From: Adineta vaga
Lineage: Eukaryota; Animalia; Rotifera
DNA length: 64,000 nt
Direction: 5' to 3'
NCBI GenBank assembly: GCA_021613535.1
Contig: CP075494.1
Span: forward strand, 13,578,001-13,642,000
Shown in pieces: positions 50,801 through 64,000 of the stretch. Under the pieces are notes generated by a model. It made no database searches. It was not told where the DNA came from and saw only the letters and a list, made by a program, of their open reading frames with translations. The first letter of the stretch is position 1; the number at the start of each line of letters is the position of its first letter. The position numbers were made by a program, and so were the translations under genes.

Positions 50801-53800
50801 CAGCTTGTGTACCAAGTTGAAGAAAGAATTCTTTATATTCATGAAATTCTGTATCTAATGAGAAGATAAATGGAGGAATTTCATCTGTAATAGGAAGATT
50901 TAAACAGAAATATTTGGCCGCAAGAAATTGTCGACGTGTTCGAGAGTAGATGAATTCTCGATCTTCTAATTCTTTATAGATTTCAGTTCGACGTTCGGGT
51001 TTAATTTCATGTTGAAAATAATTATAGATAGATTTCAATGCTGGAATAAGTATCTCATCGATGACATGTTGTGTAATAGTTGTTGAAGGAGCTTTTGGAT
51101 CACTAGAGAGAAAGAATAAGAATGGAAATAATAGGAAACAAACAAAAAACAAACTTGAATTGTTGATTTTTCAATGAAAATTTCTTTGCTAAATTAGCAA
51201 GATTCTTTTGTACTAATGCATAAGAAGGTTTTTTATTTAATTTGAAAAATTCCAAGGCATTTTCATCGATGGTTTCTTTTTGATCATTAACATCATTATA
51301 ATGTTCCAGACGAATAAATTCCGGTAATAAATATGACGATGTCCAACATAATTTAGCATCTTTAATCAATTCACCATCGCTTAATTTAATACATGTAAAA
51401 CGAAAATGATCGGCAACATTTGTATCCGAACAATTACTATATGGTTCATGTAATTGTAATAAGTCATCATGATCCGCATGCATCTGATATGGTTCAAGAA
51501 ATTTATAATCTAAGATTGAATTATCATAACGTGTCCAATTACTTAAGAGATGTTCATATAGATATTTCGAACGTTTACGTTGTTCGTTTGTCCAACCTTC
51601 TTGTTTTACATTCAATTGAATTGATTCCATGATTTGTTTACATTTATCTGTTGAAATATATGATCGAAGGCCGCATTCTTTGAGAAATTTCAGTAATGTT
51701 GGTGTATGAAATTGTTCATCAGGAAAATGATGAACACCTAAGATGGAACGAATGTTTTTGATATTTGGATCGTATAATTCATAGACTGGACAGATTTCTG
51801 GTGGATCACGCTAGAATGAGAAAGGCAAAGAATTGGCATAGAATGTTTGATATTTTGTCTCTTACTGATGATCGAGCAATTCCTGTTGGTGTCTTTTGTA
51901 AACAATCATTATTATTTGTAGAGGTTTGTGTAAAAATTTCTAATAAATCATGTAATTGTTTTTTACATTGTTCTTTTTCATGTGGAAATAATTTCTCTTC
52001 AATTTCTTCGATGAAATATTTCAAAAGATTTGCTTGAGATTTCACATCAAGTTTACGAAAATATGGTAAACATAATTGTAAGAAGATTTCCAAATCCGAT
52101 AGAATATTGAATCGAATATGTGAAAAGATTTTACTTAAGGGTTCGATTTTCTTTTGCATGAGAAGAACAGTTTTCTTTTCATGAAATTGTTCACTGAAAA
52201 AATTACGTTTAAATGAACGACGAATAATATTTGCCCATTCTTCATGTAAAACATAAACATGTGCAAAGTTTTCTAATGAACAACATTGTTGTATGGGAAT
52301 TTGTTGTTGTTGTTTATCATCGGATGAAACAATACCCCAGATTGGTTTGTAGATTTTCAGTTCGCGAAGTTTTTGAAAATTACCTTGATAACCATGAATA
52401 AGAAAATCATTGAAATATTTTAATATAATAACAATATCATCATCGGATAGATTATTGGTTATTTGTGTATGTTTATTTGATTCGAGAAGAAATTCTAAGA
52501 CGATATTAGGATTTAATTCATCCATATTTTCAACTAATTGTGGATTTATATGTGGATCATCGAGACGTGCTAAGATTGATTCAAGTTTTTTATTTCCAAA
52601 GATCTTGGGAAATAAACGTGAAGTTGCTGTTGTTGTTGTTGTTGTTGTCGTCGTTGAAAGATTTGATGGCACCGTTTGAGATTCAATTAATGGAGTTGGC
52701 GGAGTGGATGAGATTGTTGCAGTGGCTGTAACGGTTGGAAGTTTTCGTACTTTAACACCACCTTTAAGACAAACACGTCGATCAATTGATGGATGAACGT
52801 AATGTTCATCCTGTGACGATGATGATGATGATGGATTTGACACTGAAAAAGAAACAAACAAATACATAGATATATATGAAATATTCGATGGAAAAAAGAT
52901 CTTCTTTATTCAAAAAACTCATTTACAGTTAACTGAAGATGGAAATTTGAAGACAATTGTGTGATTACTCCGTTTCAATGGTGTCGTCGACATTCTCTCC
53001 TGTGTCGCGATGCTTGGTTATAATAATACTGTACTGTCTGTATGCTAAAAAATGCTACCACAACAACCAACAATTGTGTCAATAGATGGAAGCGCGATAA
53101 GATGACTGACAGAATCGAGAGAGAAGAAAAGGAATTGTGTATTCGTTTCTTTAAATATAACCAAGAAGAAAAAGAAGAAGAAGAAAGCAATGATGCTGAC
53201 GACGACAAGGTTAGAACAATAATAATGTAAACTACAGTCGCATTGATATTAAATGTATTGTATATTCAGTCAAGTATTCGTAAAAGGTACTGATGAAATG
53301 ATGAGGTTTGTATATGCTTATATTTAATTGAATAGATCAATGATTTTACATCATATTTGAGAAGGATCGAGAATATATATATGACAAGTCATGGATGACC
53401 TAACTTGCGTCGACGACAGGTTTGATATGCATATATGTATATATATATAGAGATAGATAGATATATATGATATGGGAGAAAAAGAAGTGTATATTGACTA
53501 ATTAAATTGATTACATTGACAACTTACACATTTGTTCTCTTTCAAATGGATAGAAAAATAATGTCGAACCAGGATGAAGAACACAATCAACATTTGGTAA
53601 ATGTAAACTAATATTTGCATTTAAAATATTCGAATATTGTTCAATTAATAATGCATAAATATTTTGTAATAATGTTAAATCATCTTTATCTATTGGTTTA
53701 GTTCCATATTTTTTCTTTATTTGTTCAATAATATTCAAAAGATCTTTTCCTTCAACTTGAATTTTAATTTGTAAAAGATCTAAGAAGAAATTCTTGTAAT

Positions 53801-56800
53801 GTTTATGTAATGACATTGATATGGGATAATAATATGGTTTTAAATTATTCGATATTGATGTTCGACTTGGTGCTTGCCATAATAATTGAGATAAAGATAA
53901 AAATAGATAAGTATCTGTAGATGATGAATCATTCATATAGATCAAACGACGTTGAGAGAAAAATTCACGGATATCTCGAATACATTGTTCTAATTGATTG
54001 GATGTCATAGATGATGAACGATATTCAAAAAGATGTTCACTGGATTTTAAATGAGGAAAACAGAATGATTGAATATAATCATAGAGTGTATAACTCATGT
54101 CTAAAGAAAAACAAAAACAAAACAAAATTCATGAGATAATGTCTGGAATTAATCATGTAGCAACAATTGAATACTCAAGAGAGATGTCGATCATATAGAT
54201 GAAAGGTTTTGTTTTTTTTTACTTAGGGAATGTTATTTCCGTTGAATATGAAACAAAGAATTTTCTTTCGTATTGATCGCTCATAGGAGAATTGTTAAGG
54301 TTAGAAAAAGAAAATGAAATATGTATGCTTCTTTCGAAGAATCTTACCGAGAATATATTTTGATGTTATTTGATGATTATAAATGGCTGAACTTGGTCCG
54401 TTAATAACTGTTAATTTTGTTAATTCATCAAGTTGTTTTAAAACATCTCGTAATTCAATTTTAGTTGTATCATCTAATCCAAGAAAATGTTCGACTTGTT
54501 TGGTTATTGTCGGTTGTTCTTGTGCATTTTTAGATTGTTGAGCAATAGGCCATGAACAACAAACTAATTGTTCATATTGTTGAGATAAAATATCTTTTGG
54601 TTTAAATAAACGACCAATGTATTTATCACCCATCCATATTAAACTAATTCCATTTAATTCGTGTGGTCTTTGTTTTATTGGTATAAACGGTAACTCTCGA
54701 AGTTGTACTGATGCACGTGTTCGTGCTTCTTTGTCATGAAGTGCTTCATGTGTATTAGAAGTTGATGATTGAGAATTCGATGGTTTATCACGTGAAAGCG
54801 AAGTAGATTGTCGTGAACGACGATCAGTTGAATCATCATTTTCATCATATGTTCGTGTTGTATTTGAAGACGATATGGAAAGCATATCATTAAGAATTTG
54901 TAGAAGTGCTATGGAACGTTCATGTGCTAAATCATAATCTCGCATACGTTGAATTGATTCACAACGTTCGACAAGTTCAGGCCAAGTGACAAGATTATCA
55001 TCACATTTCATTCCTAGAAGAAGAAAAAAAAACAGAAATTTATAAACTAGACTGACATTTATTGATAGAACATGTCGTTGACAAGAAGAGCTTGATTTTC
55101 ATCTCTAAGGTAAATGTTTATTTTCCTTCTCGTCTATTCTTACCAAGTAATTTCAAAACATTCAATCGATCTTCTCGTAAATAAGAATCTTGTCCACCAT
55201 ATGGAAATAACGAATCAATATCCGAATATAAAGATGCTAAACGACAATATGGATGAATTAATTTCGATGGTTTATTTAAAATTCTTCCATTTGGTGTACA
55301 TGGAATACAACAATGTTGTTTGAGAATATTTAACATTAAAGCATCAGCATGATCTAATGCAAAGAGAACCAATGTATCTTTCACATTTTTTGGCAGAACA
55401 TTTAAATTTGGTAAAAGTAAATCATTATAAGCACGATAATGATCGTAAAGATTCTTTTGATATTCTACACCTGACATTTTACGAATGAAATAATCTTCTT
55501 CGGTTAATAATTGACATTTTTTCTCTTTGGAAATAGTTGTTAAGGCTTGAACAACAATTTCTTTTACATTATTTTGTTTATTGAAAATATCTAAGAAAGT
55601 AAAAGAAAAGAGATGCAATGAAATGTAGAGAAAAAAAATCATACCTGGAAGATAGAGATAAATTTTATCATCAGATAAATCTAATGTACTAGAAAATGTA
55701 ATTCGTGTTTGTTCATCAGGAACCGTTTTTGTTGGCATTGTCTTCGTATTTTTCGTTTCGAAATCATTGATTATTTGTAATAAACGACGATCATTTGTAT
55801 ATGTTTCTTTTATCCATTTAAATAGATTTTCATCATAAATTTGTTGATTACGAATGATATCTTCTAATTTCGCACTGTCCGGATGATGTTTAACACCCAT
55901 GGATTCAAAAAATTTTCGATAATTATATAATTCATATGGAAGAATTTGAACATAGGGTGCTAATGGATGAGTTTTATCAATTAAATAGATTTGATTAGAT
56001 GTAGAAAATCCATTTGTACCATTCCATATCCATTCATTTAAATCACATATACGCATTTCTTTTAAAATATCATTAGAATTATTCATATGTGATAAAGTAT
56101 CATATAAACGTTTGCATAGATTTAAATAATCAAATGTTTCACTTTTTTGTTCATGAGAAGAACATTTGAGATAACATAGAACAATACATTTCAATTGTTT
56201 AATTAATAAATCAAGTTTTATTTCACGCATATCGATTAATAAACGATTTGATGTCGAATTTAATGTACGTGACGATGAAAGAAAATTTTCCGGAAGATCA
56301 AGAGATGAAACAAGTGCTGTAGCACCGATCAAGAAAACATTTGATTTATCACATACTTCACGTGGTGTAACAAATGGACGACGAGAATCAATTGAACCTA
56401 AATCAGATTTACAGTGAAACATCGAATGAAAAATGTTATATAATTGAAAGAAAAATTTCAAATTAGAACCTTGAAAAAGAAAGAGAAAAACGTTTTGGTC
56501 ATTTCTTTCGAATTCTACCTTGAATTTTCATTCAATTAGTTATTTCAATTTCGATCAAATGAATAATTATCAAAACGAAACGTTCGATATCATCATCGAA
56601 AAATAATTGCTTGAAATCATACTCAAACAAAACAAAAAAAGAAAACGAAGTTTTTACCTTGCCATGTTAATGTTGATGGATAGGAATTTGGTCTTTCAAG
56701 CATAACTGGTATCCATTGTGTGATATTTAAATATTGTTTTAAACTAATTCGTTTTGTTTGAGAATAATCATCGATTAATTTCGCATTTTGATTTAAAATA

Positions 56801-58595
56801 TCAATAATAAAATCTGCTAATAAGAACATTAATGAACGTTTACCATTGGCTGCTGATTCTTTTATTGTTAATTCACATATATCAATTAATTCATCGCATT
56901 TTATATCATAGAATTGTTTTAATTTTAAATGTTTAAGTAATGTTATATGTTCATTTGTTGAACAAATATCAATCGATGGTAAATATTTTGATTCAAATAA
57001 GATTAGAAATTTTTCTTTATTATTCACATGAAATGATGTTGGATCAAACATTTGTTGACATGAACAGAGTTCACCTTTTCGATTAGGAAATAATCGACTT
57101 GTTGATAATGTATCTTGACAAACAACATCTGTTAAAATCAAATTGGCACAATTCGATAACAACCATTTGCCTAGAGAAAACACAAAAGAAGATTTAAATT
57201 AGCAAAATATCTGACAGATGTTAACATTTTCGACATTTATCAGAAGGACAGACTATTATCCTTGAAAGAGAAAAATAGATTTATTCATGCATAGATTCTC
57301 CACGCATAAGCGCCTTGTCAAAAACCGTGAATAGACAAAGTCTAGTCGATTATTAAATCTTGATATTATAATGCAAAAAAAACCCGTGATAAATAGTTCA
57401 AAGTTTTCTTTTTTTTTTGCTAGTGACTTCAATTTTTCGAAGGACATTCATGTTCGAGGTCAATTGATAAAGAAAATCAAACCTTTCAACTTCTCAATAT
57501 GAAATCAATGATTTTCAAATGAAAAGAAAACGATTTGTATATCTAATGCATAATTCCTAATATCTCAATAAACAAGTTCTTCTGGTTGACTTGAAGGTCT
57601 TTCTTTTTCATTTCATATGTATATTTATTTACCTAAAAATGCCATTTTTTGTTGATCATTCTTCAATAATGTATTCATTGTTGATGCAGTTTGTATCGGA
57701 TGTTGTTGTTGCTGTTGGATATTTAATTGTTGTTGTTGTTGTTGTTGTTGACCAATTGTTGTGATAAGATATCTAGCAACATGTGTAAAATCATGGATAA
57801 CATAACCTAATTTATCTAATAAGATTCGCGAATCACTATCAGTTACATGAATACATTGTTTTGGTGGTTGTAAATCACAAGGTAATTTTGTTCCAGATTC
57901 ATAAATATACAGAATATTATTTAAACTAATATATCGATATTGTTGTTGATTGTTATCAACACCTAAAAATGCATTATCAAAAATAGGTAATTGTTTAATA
58001 CATTGAATATTGGAATCATCTAGTTGTTGTGTCATGATACGTGATAAATATTGTCGTAATAATTTCATATCATGTTCATTTAATAATGTATTAAATTCAT
58101 GTTGAATTTTCAATTGTGTAAAATGTCTCAAACGACATTTAAAGATTTGTAAAAGACCGAGACAAGATAATTGAGGAACATATTCTTCAATTGATTTATG
58201 TCGACGAATAATTTCAGGAAATGGTTCAATACAATAAAAATTTAATTTCAAAAGTATTTTTTGAATAGCTAAATCATCTTTACTTGGAACAATAGGTAAT
58301 TGAATAAGGCCAATATTTTTCGATAATTTATATAATGATATACTACTATTTGCTGTGGAAGCACCAATAGGACGTGATAGAGGTTGTAAATAGAGTATAT
58401 TCGTATTTTCTAACATGGAAAGATCATTAGGAAGTTTTTCATTGATATATTTCCAGAGATTTTCAAGCCATTCAATGTTGTAATAATCATGATTTCTAGG
58501 CCATTGAATACAATCATCACCACGACGCCATTCTCGTGGTAACATAACTAAATCAGCGAAATCTTTGCTCGGCATTGATTGAAGTTGAGTACGAT
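47024..58595 (-). CDS. Sacsin-like protein (~2,850 aa plus N-terminal exon(s)) with J-domain and C-terminal HEPN; exons 58595-57633, 57170-56658, 56397-55645, 55590-55144, 55013-54348, 54100-53528, (52932-52927), 52842-51866, 51810-51155, 51102-49439, 48993-48121, (48008-47991), 47853-47696, 47357-47150, 47094-47024
   Basis: Sacsin repeat motifs (CIPCTPNG..PSKLIHP..LFPYG..LGM; ELYDP..FP..F..FLKECGL; WIWNG..LAPY), J-domain KKLLLKWHPDKN and HEPN EADRWLKQA..DWACYKCY..AEKALKAY..YP..IP.EVFT. All exons join in frame through GT-AG introns. Confidence 0.9.
48575..48750 (-). other. DnaJ (J) domain of the sacsin-like protein with intact HPD motif
   Basis: EIYNAVRQAYQLTGQERKKTVKKLLLKWHPDKNPGRERFAAEVFKHLRKQID. 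Confidence 0.9.
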
Positions 58596-60456
58596 CTAGG
58601 ATATAAACATGTATATTAGTTTTGTTTATGAATCATTTCAATGATTCGATTAGAATGTCAAAATAAATCTCATCAAATATTCTCGTTATTCTTTATGCAA
58701 ATAGTGTCTTTTCGAGAGAGAGAAAAAAAACGAATCAACATTCCTTTTTTTTTCTTCATAATATTATTCCCTAATGACCATATCCAAGACAGCAGCTGAT
58801 ACCTACTCATCGCTTCCTTTGCTTGTATGTGTATGTGTGTCTGTATTTAGTGGAGAAATCTATGTATGGCAAGTCAATTCATTAGCATACTCGATTAATC
58901 AGTAAATGTCAACAATATTCTTTCTCGCTCTCCATATATATAGATATATGTATGTTTAAATATATATGTTCGTCTAATCCTATCAATGTACATTCTATGT
59001 CTAGCTTTATTTAGTAGAAAAAACAAAACGATAATGTCAGTCAATTACATTCATTCATTTTGTAGAAAAACTGACAATTATTTCTCATCGATAAGATTTC
59101 TTTGAAAAAGAAGGAAGGAAAGAAAGAAATCCGAACGTTTTCATGATCAATACTGAAATAAGATCTTGTTCTCATTGTCAACTGCTAAACTATAATTTAT
59201 CGCATCAATGATATCTTGATCTTTGTTATTCATCAATCATTTCTTTCAATTTTTTGTTAAAGATGAAAAATCTACATTCTTTTGTTGCTTAATGATTATC
59301 ATTAACTATCTTAGTCTTTCATTAATATATGATCTTATCGATGATGTGAAGTAAAAACGGATGATTAGATTAACTTTACAATTGTTTATACGAACAAATT
59401 AGTACGAGATTAGATCATTGAAAAAAAGAACGAAAGGAAGAAGAAATTTCTCGTAAATGAAAAGTTGATTTGCTCATAAATTATAAATCGAATCTTCTTT
59501 CAATTAAACATAATGATACATTGCCTTGATTCAACGACGAAACAAAAAACGAAAAAAAACGAAAATGGTATGCTTGACAACCTACATACACACGTTTATT
59601 TGCTTCGCTCTTTGATATATTTAAGTGTCCTTCTGAGCAATAAAGGCGTTTGCTTCGTCAAAAGAAGGAGGAGAAGAAGAAGAAGAAAAAGAGGGGCAAA
59701 AAAGCAATCAGACACTTTTTTGTATATGTGTGGTTTCGAAGCTTGAGAATCGATCAATGTCTTTATTGACGTCGTTCCTCGTGTCAAGACAATAGTAACA
59801 ATGTAGAATAGAAATGAAAAGTATACATATGTTTAAATAATCGATTAACGAAGAAAACGGAATGTTTTTAGTTTGATAACAGTGAGTTGAAGGTCTTTGA
59901 AGAAAAATCGATTTAAATATTCATTCTTTTACATACAAAACGAATTTGTTCAACAATAAAAAAACGATTTTTCAGTATTTATAAACCTTGTCATACCGTA
60001 ATGTGAACAATCATTTTTTGTTGTCACATTTATCAAGGATGACTGACAGTTTTTTTTTACTGACATTTGCTTAACACATATGAATATATGTATGTGTATA
60101 CATATTGCATATCGATGAATCAACATAAAAATGTTGAAAAATTGTCAAGCTTGAAGATTCACTAGGGATATTTATATATATTCAAGTACGAACTGTTCAT
60201 CGTGTCTAAGAATGAAATTCAATCCTATTCGAAGGCTAAAGATTATCTTCTGTATATATATATGTAGTTACTCGTTTTTGCTGTTTGCTCTAGTAAATAA
60301 TCAATATAGAAACCTTCTGTACATGTTCGCATACTGAGAAGAAGAAGTAGAAGAAGAAGAAGAAGAAGAAATCCGAGAAATGTTGCACAATTTGTGGTAT
60401 GTGCAGCTAATTAGTGGTTGAAATAAAAGACACAACTGTTTTGAAGATACACGCAC

Positions 60457-60799
60457 CCTCTTCATATTGTTGTGGTTTTGATGTTGGTGTTGGAGTAGCT
60501 GTGGCGATATTGCGTGACGAAAGATAAATATTTGGTGTTGGTGTCAGATCCCAAGCGGAAAGAAAACGCGGTCGATGCTGTTGTAATGGACCTAAGTAGG
60601 ATGAGGACAAAAGTGGTGGTGGTGTACGAATACGATGTTGATGATGCTGTGGAAATACGAGTGGAGCTCGATGTAAATAACGTGCAGATGTTGATGTTGA
60701 ACGATTTCCGTTCGTCGTCTGATGTCGTGGATTAGTATTAGATGAGAGTTGTTCGTAACGATTGGGTATCGTTGCTGAAAAGTGATATCGTGAATCCAT
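60457..60799 (-). CDS. Candidate alternative first (or cassette) coding exon of the sacsin-like gene, low-complexity P/T/S/H/R-rich
   Basis: ATG 60799 (MDSRYHFS..), 343 nt, ends GAG G|GTGCGT in phase 1, compatible with the phase-1 acceptor before 58595. Confidence 0.55.
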
Positions 60800-61022
60800 T
60801 GTATCTTTATTTGAACACACGCATATACACGGTGTATAGAGTAGATTTTTTTTATTTCAGGCTAGACAATGAGTGTAATCATCATCCTCAATCTTCACCT
60901 TCTTCTTCTTCTCCTCTTCGTTCGTAGTCCGCGTGATGAAGAAGAGGAGTAGTAGGAGAGTGACGACGTATGTACAGGGACGTCATCGTAAAAAACCTGT
61001 ATGAATATACGTAAGAGAAATT

Positions 61023-61026
<4 letters not shown>

Positions 61027-61086
<60 letters not shown>

Positions 61087-61098
61087 TGTGTGTGTGTG
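61027..61098. repeat. Compound microsatellite (AG)29 followed by (TG)7
   Basis: Directly visible; lies ~230 nt upstream (minus strand) of the candidate first exon at 60799. Confidence 0.95.
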
Positions 61099-61172
61099 CG
61101 TATATGTGTAAGAGAATATATGCAAACGCAAATGATGTCGTTGATGAGAGGAAGGACCAGTAAAGATAGAAG

Positions 61173-61220
61173 AAAAAAGAGACAGAGTAGTAGAAAAAAG
61201 AGACAGAGTAGTAGAAAAAA
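61173..61220. repeat. 21-bp tandem duplication AAAAAAGAGACAGAGTAGTAG x2
   Basis: Directly visible. Confidence 0.8.
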
Positions 61221-62586
61221 GAAGAGAAAAGAAATAGAGAATAGTACATATACATTCAATATGAGGAAGAAGAGCAATACCATCACTCTCTTTCTCCTAG
61301 TATTTTTTTCTTCCTCCTCTCTATTTACTATTCTTACAATAATGCTAACATTGCACCGGTATACTAAAGCTGTCTGTGTAATGTCATCACATAATGAAGT
61401 TGTTTTAGGATGATAATGGTCAAAGATTTTTACGTAATCTCTTTATCACGCGTTTGTTATTCAAACGTAAATGGAATAAAAACAATTCATAGATGAACAA
61501 AACTAGTCAGACACACGTAGGACAGCATACATTGTTACATTATTTGATTAATCTTCTTATTAACTAGATCAACTCGTCAGATAAACGCATTTATTTCTTT
61601 ATGCTTCTATGCATAAAACCTTCAATAAAGAAAACCTTTTTATTTCGTCTTTCTCTATACCTATATCTCTATAAAATAAGACAAATTTTGTGCGCATGTC
61701 TATTGATTACCTTGAGACAACTTCATTAATTATTAAATGATGAATCTCAATCAAGGAATCCCCTCTTTTTTTTTCTTCTACCCTTTATCATTAACACATA
61801 CCGTGACGAAGACAAACTGTACATGGTGATGTCAATTGTCCTTTTTGATATTTAAATGAACAAGTTCGTAATGTCAATTTCGGTAGTAAATGAAGATTAT
61901 CCGATGAAAAGGAAAGATTCCAATGTGAACGTGCAAAGATTTTTTTCGACATTTGTCATAGAAGAAATAAACCTAACAATAATAATCTCGAAAGATCATG
62001 TCTATTTATATACATATGATAAAGAACAAATGGATTACAACATCTTCGTCAAGAAACCGGTGAAACGTATCGCGACAATATATCATCTTTAATACTTGTC
62101 CTAGTTTTCCGGACAAAACTATTAGACTTTCTTAATGAAACTAACCAGATGTTTGATGTATAATTACATAAAAATATATATATTTATGTAAATATCTTTT
62201 TGCTTTCTTTTCGTTTATCTCTGCCTTGATTTTTCAAGTTCATTCACTACACTAATATACAGCATGCATCACTTCAAATGCATTGACGCATAGATCATTT
62301 TCTATTATCAATTTGCATATGATCAAATTTAACAAAAACCGAAGACGAAGAAAAGAAATCGACGAGTGTACAATCGAACGAATGAAAAAGAAAGCGTATA
62401 CACAATTGGTTTGATTGTAATGTGTATGTATATGTACTTATAATAACGAGCCATCGCGTTTCTGATGTATATTTTTCATGAAAAGAATGACGAGAGAGAG
62501 ACAAAATGAAAGACTTTTAAATGTATTTTTAACTCTCAGACATAGACATTCTCAAGGATTTCTGTTATTGAAAGAAGAATATTTAC

Positions 62587-63062
62587 CCGTTTGTTTTATC
62601 GGTATGTCGATTATCTGGTTTGCAATTGATATTCCTGTCTTATCTGTATTTTTTTCTTTGCTATTCCCTATGAAAAGATAAATATACAAAAGCGAGTAAG
62701 CGATCCATTATCGTACCGATATCATTTAGCGGTTGTTGATATTCTTCGACAGTTTGCTCTTGTACATTGATTGGCGATTGTTGTGCAAGAGTTTTAACAA
62801 GATCAAGATCAAGTGAAACTGGTCGTTTCATACGTTTTTTTAACCAACCACGTCCGATACACATGGGTATAGGTGTTTGTTGTGTGTTGATATTAAGTTG
62901 TGATTTATAATGTTGAGATTCTTTGGAAATTGGTAATGTATTATTGGTTGTTGTTGCTGTTTTATTTCGAAATATTGACAGATTTCTTGTCGAAAGAAAA
63001 TGACTAAGAAATGCATTGCGTTTTTTTGGTCCATTTGCGCTGCCTGGAGTGGCTGATGCCAT
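62587..63062 (-). CDS. Candidate 5' coding exons (63062-62717, 62667-62587) of the sacsin-like gene
   Basis: MASATPGSANGPKKRNAFLSHF..; donors G|GTACGA and G|GTAAAT are both phase 1; the 81-nt second exon is open; joins the 58595 exon in frame. Confidence 0.6.
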
Positions 63063-64000
63063 TGATTGATGAAAATAGGTGGAAGAAAGAAAGGAAGGAA
63101 ACGAGCAAGGTAAAGGTGGACTCTTTGAGTCTATTTTGTATAATACAGTCTCAGCAAAAGGATCTTTTCTCTCACTTCTTTTGACATACATACATATACA
63201 TAACGTTTCTTTCTTTTCTCGTTCTGTTGTATACTCTCGATTTTTTTTCTTTCTTTTTTTCTTCTTCTTCCATTCTCTTCGATTTCTTTTTTCTTTTCCT
63301 TCGACATTTCTTCATCAGAACACCTGAATACTTGCACATAACTAATATACAACAAAAAAAAGCGAAACAGGCGAGAAGCAAATATGTCGAATGACATTTG
63401 GAAAATGTGTCCGATTATCGTGAAATAAAAAGAAAACCTTCGATGTCATACGGACACGAAAGACCCATTGAACACACATATGTTTATAATTATAATTATA
63501 AATGTTACATCAAACATGTGTGTAGAAATGAATATTGAAAAATTTGTTACAAAAGATGTTTCAATGAATAATTTCTCTATTTATGACATTCAATTGTCAT
63601 ATACTTATCAAGTCATATTCTATGATTAACCTTTGAAAGAAAATTTTCTTTGCTTATTCATTCAAACAATCATAAAACAAGATATACATGACAATGATTT
63701 TAATCACGAAAAGAAGTATTCTTATAGGTAATTCAAGAACTATTTCTAACACAATGTTGTTTCTGGGATTTAGAAACGAAATGATATTTGAATTGATAGA
63801 TTATATGAACAAACGTTAATGAAAATCTATATCGTTTTCTTTTTTGTCTTTACTTTAACTCCTTCTTTTAACTTTGTTCAATACTTTCATATTGACAGGT
63901 ATCCAATCCAATCTTCTTGATATATACATAACTATATTCATTCATCCATTCAATACTCCACCCTAACCAACTCTAATTACACACCTTCAGTTTTAATACA

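Noticed and set aside
52966-53044. Possible extra or terminal exon (SYRQYSIIITKHRDTGENVDDTIETE*) within a sacsin intron
   Set aside because: Not frame-symmetric and no independent support; cannot be judged without transcripts.
60888-61413. ORFs with poly-ER / poly-LS tracts
   Set aside because: Translations of the (AG)n microsatellite and purine-rich non-coding DNA.

Overview
Eukaryotic, AT-rich, intron-containing DNA with many 50-65 nt GT-AG introns. This is consistent with an invertebrate such as a bdelloid rotifer (inference only). 1-36134 (+) is the 3' part of a giant titin-like gene: about 78 Ig and 20 Fn3 domains in the window, and no kinase. Its first 18 kb is an array of at least 7 near-identical 6-Ig, 571-codon super-repeats with patchwork homogenisation, followed by about 3 older, diverged copies. 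Next come an orphan secreted, probably GPI-anchored protein (+) and a 373-bp MITE with GG..CC TIRs and an 8-bp TSD. On the minus strand follow a secreted long-helical protein with a ClyA/Hbl/Nhe-like layout, two tandem intronless double-PDZ genes, and a ~2,850-aa sacsin-like J+HEPN gene. The sacsin-like gene appears to lack the Hsp90-like ATPase modules of its internal repeats and has candidate alternative first exons and micro-exons. All gene models were spliced by hand from GT/AG signals and frame continuity. Family assignments rest on recalled motifs, not database searches.
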